The position numbers were made by a program, and so were the translations under genes. Below the pieces are notes generated by a model. The model did no database searches and was not told where the DNA came from. It saw only the letters and a list, made by a program, of their open reading frames with translations. Shown piece by piece: positions 58,700-64,000 of a stretch of 64,000 bases of DNA (the first letter of the stretch is position 1; every line of letters starts with the position of its first letter). This stretch comes from Mobula birostris (taxonomy: Eukaryota): NCBI RefSeq assembly GCF_030028105.1, contig NC_092384.1, forward strand, positions 3,887,665 through 3,951,664, in the 5' to 3' direction.

Positions 58700-61600
58700 A
58701 CATCAGCCAGGTAGAACAGCGAGAAGAGTTTAAAGGAGACGGTGATTTTTGCAGCGGTTAGATCGGGGTACGATTCCGTAAGCGCATGGAAGCCAGCCAG
58801 TTAGAACAGCGAGACGAGCTTAAAAGCAGACAGCTATATACAGCGGGCGTTCGGGGAGCGTCCAACGGAGTAGAGGGAGACAGAGTAGGAATGCTTTGGC
58901 TTAACGAAGCTTCAGCGATAACAGGTCAAGGTGAGGTAGGTTATCCGTGTAGAATCTAGACAAGAAGTATGTGTGTGAGACCGGTGTTCTGTGCTCGGTG
59001 TCAAATCTGGGAAGTCCTGGAGACTCACAGCCTCCCGAACAGCCACATCTGCACCAGCTGCGGCGAGCTACATCTCATTAGGGACCGTTTTAGGGAACTA
59101 GAGATGCAGCTCGACGACCTTCGTCTGGCCAGGGAAAGTGAGGAGGTGACAGACAGGAGCTATAGGCCGGTGGTCACACTGGGGCCTCGCTAGACAGATA
59201 AGCGGGTAACAGTCAGGAGAGGAAAGGGCAAGAGGCAGATGCTAGAGAGTACCACTGTCGCTGACCCCCATAACAATAAGTACTCCTGTTTAAGTACTGT
59301 TGGGGGCTACACCCTACCTGGGGGAAGTAACAGTGGCCGCGTCTCCGGCACAGAGCTTGGCCCTGTGGATCAGAAGGGTAGGAAAAGGAAGAGGATGGTA
59401 GCAGTGATAGGGGACTCTATAGTTAGGGGTCAGACAGACAATTCTGTGGACGCAGGAGACAAACACGGATGGTAGTTTGCCTCCTAGGTGCAGGGTCTGG
59501 AATGTTTCTGATCGCGCCCACAGCCGCGCCTGAGTGGGAAGGAGAACAGCCGGAGATCGGGGTACATATTGGTACCAACGACATAGAGAGCAAAAGGGAG
59601 GAGGCCCTGAAAAGAGACTACAGGGAGTTAGGATGGAAGATGAGAAGCAGGACCGCAAAGGTAGTAATCTCGGGATTACTGCCTGTGACACGTGACAGTG
59701 AGTATACGCATCGAATGAGGTGGAGGATAAATGCGTGGCTGAGGAATTGGAGCAGAGGGCTGCGATTCAGATTTCTGGATCCTCAGGGCCTTTTTTGGGG
59801 CAGATGTGACCTTCAAATAAAGGACGGGTTGCACTTGAATCCCAGGGTGACCAATATGCTGGAGGAAAAGGCTATTGGGGAGAATTTAAACTAGAATTGT
59901 TGGGAGTTGTGAACCGAACTAAAGAGACGGAAAAAGAGGCGATTGATTCACAAATAGAGAAATCTTGGAGACAGTGCAAGATGGATGATAGTTAGGTGAC
60001 AGAGAAGGGATGCGCTCAGACCGATGGTTTGAAATGTGTCTATTTTAATGCAAGGAGTATTATGAACAAAGCGGTTGAGCTTAGAGCGTGGATCCGGACT
60101 GGAAGTGATGATGTCGTGTCCATTACAAACACTTGGATAGCTCAGGGGCAGGAAAGATTACTGCGAGTGCCACGCTTTAGATGTTTCAGAAAGGACAGGG
60201 AGGGAGGCAAACGAGGTTGGGGCGTGGCACTGTTGATCATAGATAGTCTCAGGGCTGCAGAAAAGGATGAAGCCATGGTGTGATTGTCTACAGACTCTCT
60301 GTGGATGACGTTAGGAAGGAGAAGAGATCAATAATTGGATGTTTATAATAGAACACCCAATAGTAACCGGGGCATCGAGGAGCAGTTAGGCAGACAGGTT
60401 CTGGAAAGGTGTTATAATAGAAACATAGAAACATAGAAAATAGGTGCAGGAGTAAGCCATTCGGCCCTTCGAGCCTGCACCGCCATTTATTATGATCATG
60501 GCTGATCATTCAACTCAGAACCCCAACCCAGCCTTCCCTCCATACCCCCTGACCCCCGTAGCCACAAGGGCCATATCTAACTCCCTCTTAAATATAGCCA
60601 ATGAACTGGCTTCAACTGTTTCCTGTGGCAGAGAATTCCACAGATTCACCACTCTCTGTGTGAAGAAGTTTTTCCTAATCTCGGTCCTAAAAGGCTTCCC
60701 CTCTATCCTCAAACTGTGGCCCCTCGTTCTGGACTTCCCCGACATTGGGAACAATCTTCCTGCATCTAGCCTGTCCAATCCCTTTAGGTTCTTATACGTT
60801 TCAATCAGATCCCCCCTCAATCTTCTAAATTCCAACGAGTACAAGCCCAGTTCATCCAGTCTTTCTTCATATGAAAGTCCTGCCATCCCAGGAATCAATC
60901 TGGTGAACCTTCTTTGTACTCCCTCTATGGCAAGGATGTCTTTCCTCAGATTAGGGGACCAAAACTGCACACAATACTCCAGGTGTGGTCTCACCAAGGC
61001 CTTGTACAACTGCAGTAGTACCTCCCTGCTCCTGTACTCGAATCCTCTCGCTATGAATGCCAACATACCATTCGCCTTTTTCACCGCCTGCTGTACCTGC
61101 ATGCCCACTTTCAATGACTGGTGTATAATGACACCCAGGTCTCGTTGCACCTCCCCTTTTCCTAATCGGCCACCATTCAGATAATAATCTGTTTTCCTAT
61201 TTTTGCCACCAAAGTGGATAACTTCACATTTATCCACATTAAATTGCATCTGCCATGAATGTGCCCACTCACCCAACCTATCCAAGTCACCCTGCATCCT
61301 CTTAGCATCCTCCTCACAGCTAACATTGCCACCCAGCTTCGTGTCATCCGCAAACTTGGAGATGCTGCATTTAATTCCCTCATCCAAGTCATTAATATAT
61401 ATTGTAAACAACTGGGGTCCCAGCACTGAGCCTTGCGGTACCCCACTAGTCACCGCCTGCCATTCTGAAAAGGTCCCGTTTATTCCTACTCTTTGCTTCC
61501 TGTCTGCTAACCAATTCTCCACCCACACCAATACCTTACCCCCAATACCGTATGCTTTAAGTTTGCACACTAATCTCTTGTGTGGGACCTTGTCAAAAGC

Positions 61601-62880
61601 CTTTTAAGAATCCAAATATACCACATCCACTGGTTCTCCCCTATCCACTCTACTAGTTACATCCTCAAAAAATTCTATGAGATTCGTCAGACATGATTTT
61701 CCTTTCACAAATCCATGCTGACTTTGTCCGATCATTTCACCGCTTTCCAAATGTGCTGTTATCGCATCCTTGATAACTGACTCCAGCAGTTTCCCCACCA
61801 CCGATGTTTGGCTAACCGGTCTATAATTCCCCGGTTTCTCTCTCCCTCCTTTTTTAAAAAGTGGAGTTACATTAGCCACTCTCCAATCCTCAGGAACTAG
61901 TCTAGAATCTAATGAGTTTTGAAAAATTATCACTAATGCATCCACTATTTCTTGGGCTACTTCCTTAAGCACTCTAGGATGCAGACCATCTGGCCCTGGG
62001 GATTTATCTGCCTTCAATCCCTTCAATTTACCTAACACCACTTCCCTACTAACATGTATTTCGCTCAAAGGTTGTTGTGGTGGGAGATTTGAATTTCCCA
62101 AATATCGAATGGCATCTCCCTAGAACGAAGGGTTTAGGTGGGGTGGAGTTTGGTAGGTGTGTTCAGGAAGGATTCTTGACATAATATGTAGCTGAGCCTG
62201 CAAGAGGAGAGGCTGTACTTGATCTGGTATTGGGAAATAAACTTGGTCAGGTGTCAGGTCTGTCAGTGGGAGAGCATTTTGGAGATACTGATCACAATTC
62301 TATCTCCTTCACCAAGGCATTGGACAGGGATAGCAACAGACAATTTAGGAAAGCGTTTAATTGGAGTGAGGGGAAATATGAGGCTATCAGGCAGAAACTT
62401 GGAAGAATAAATTGGAAACAGAAGTTCTCGGGGAAATGTACGGAAGAAATGTGGCAAATGTTCAGGGGACTTTTGCGTGGAATTCCGCATAGGTACGTTC
62501 CAATGAGACAGGGAAAATATGGTAGGGTACAGGAACCGTGGTATACGAAAGCTGTTGTAAATCTAGTCAAGAAGAAATGAAGAGCGTAGGAAAGGTTCAA
62601 AAAACGAGGTAATGATAGAGATCTAGAAAATTATAAGGCTAGCAAGAAGAAGCAAGAAAGAAATTAGGAAAGCCAGAACGGACCATGAAAAGGCCTTGGC
62701 GTACATGATTAAGCAATCTCCAAGGGATTCTACAAGTATGTGAACAGCAAAAGGGTAAGACGTGAGAGCATAGGACCAATCCACTGTGACAGTGGAAAAG
62801 TGTGTATAGAACGGGAGGAGATCACAAAGGTACTTAATGAATACTTTGCTTCAGTATTCACTATGGAAAATGATCTTGGC
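58700..62880 (+). mobile_element. Older CR1 (5'UTR, frameshifted ORF1, endonuclease) split by a younger CR1 at 60421-62067
   Basis: ORF1 pieces 58969-59193, 59239-59475 and 59469-59894. Endonuclease CVYFNARSI at 59996 resumes at 62068 (GTTGTTGTGGTGGGAGATTTGAATTTCCC). Confidence 0.85.
60421..62067 (-). mobile_element. Young 5'-truncated CR1, RT region almost intact
   Basis: ORF 60515-61570 is open for 351 aa (VPQGSVLGP, KFADDTKL, LYKALVRPHLEY). One stop upstream (VVYLDS*KAFD). Tail (TTCTATGT)n at 60421. 61613-62067 is near-identical to 1-455. Confidence 0.92.
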
Positions 62881-62964
62881 GATTGTAGGAATTACTAAAA
62901 TCAAGGCAAGAGGCCGAGGATGAAGGAGTAATGAATCTCGGAGAGAAGTCATTTTTTTTTTTTC

Positions 62965-64000
62965 ACTGCTCGGGGTAAAGAGGCTAGACTGCGCAGGCGC
63001 GTGACGTAGACCGCCAATGGTTTTAAAAAATCACCACCATATACAGTGGGCAGTGGACTGAGATGGAGCAGAGTGGGACAGCTATGGCTCAACAGACTAC
63101 GGCATGAACAGGCACAGGCGAGGGTAGGTTCCGCTAAGTTTTGTTTTGTTTGTTTAGAGTAGAGAGACTGCGAGGCAAGGTGTTGAAATGCTCCTCTTGC
63201 AGGATGTGGGAAGTCAGGTGGTCTCCCTGACAACGACACTTGCAAGAAGTGCATCCAGCTGCAGCTCCTAACAAACCGCGTGAGGGAACTGGAGCAGGAG
63301 CTGGATGACCTGCGGATCATTCGGAAGGATGAGGTGTATATGGATAGTAGCTTCAGGGAGGTAGTTAGGCCAAAGGAGCAGCGCACATGTAATTGGGTTA
63401 CTGTCATGCGATGGAAGGGGAAAGGGCAGGCAGAGCAGGGTTCCCTTGTGGCCATTCCCCTCAACAACAAGTATACCGATTTGGATACTGTTGCAGGGGG
63501 AATGACATATCTGGGACAAGCTGCGGCAGTCGGATCTTCGGCACTGAGTCTGGTTCTGCAGTGCAGAAAAGAGGGTGGAAGAAGAGGAGAGCGGTAGTGA
63601 TAGGGGACTCGATAGTTAGAGGTACAAACAGGAGGTTCTGTGGTCATGACAGAGACTCCCGGATGGTTTGTTGTCTCACCGGTGCCAGGGTCAAGGATGT
63701 CTCTGATCGCGTGCACAGCATTCTGAAGTGGGAGGATGATCAGCCAGATTTCATGGCGCACATCGGTACCAATGGCGTAGGAAGAAAGAGTGAAGAGGTC
63801 CTAGAGACCGAGTATAGAGAGCTTGGTAGGAAGTTAAAAAGCAGGACGTCAAGGGTGGTAATCTCAGGATTGCTACTTGTGTCACGTGCCAGTGAGCGCA
63901 AGAATAGGATGCTCTGGCGGATGAGTGCGTGGCTGAGGAGCGGCTGTAGGGGGCAGGGTTTCTTATTCCAAGATTATTGGGAACTCTTCTGGGGCAGGTG
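62965..64000 (+). mobile_element. 5' end of another CR1 (5'UTR + frameshifted ORF1), runs off the window
   Basis: CSSCRMWEVR-like finger remnant, VRELEQELDDLR, VIGDSIVRG, HIGTN. Confidence 0.85.

Noticed and set aside
60492-61607. Plus-strand ORFs of 230 and 134 aa (also 792-1568, 258 aa)
   Set aside because: Antisense shadows of CR1 ORF2; no independent protein features.

Overview
Eukaryotic, repeat-rich genomic DNA. The repeat content (CR1, Rex1/Babar, Penelope-like, V-SINE/HE1-like, Tc1-derived) suggests a cartilaginous fish, probably a ray; this is inference, not a database match. Among the repeats are two complete multi-exon Ig-superfamily receptor genes facing each other tail-to-tail. 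Both have a leader, a germline-joined V(J)-type domain, one C1-set domain and a TM segment. Gene A (+, 4322-14786, 252 aa) has an Arg at the start of its TM (NLCRILLGLL) and almost no tail, i.e. activating-type. Gene B (-, 50888-38709, 316 or 335 aa) has an uncharged TM and a tail with ITIM (LTYVTL) plus ITSM (TIYAQV), i.e. inhibitory-type. I assembled exon chains by hand from GT/AG sites; phases are consistent and frames stay open. Together they look like a paired activating/inhibitory family of non-rearranging antigen-receptor-like (SIRP/NKp30/PRARP-like) genes. Secondary signals are: degenerate minimal hammerhead-ribozyme motifs in Penelope-like termini, small hairpin derivatives of those termini (one with a 13-bp TSD), two related TG..CA LTR-like inserts, nested CR1 insertions and several minisatellites. 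Repeat boundaries are approximate unless a TSD or junction is quoted. Nothing was checked by database search.
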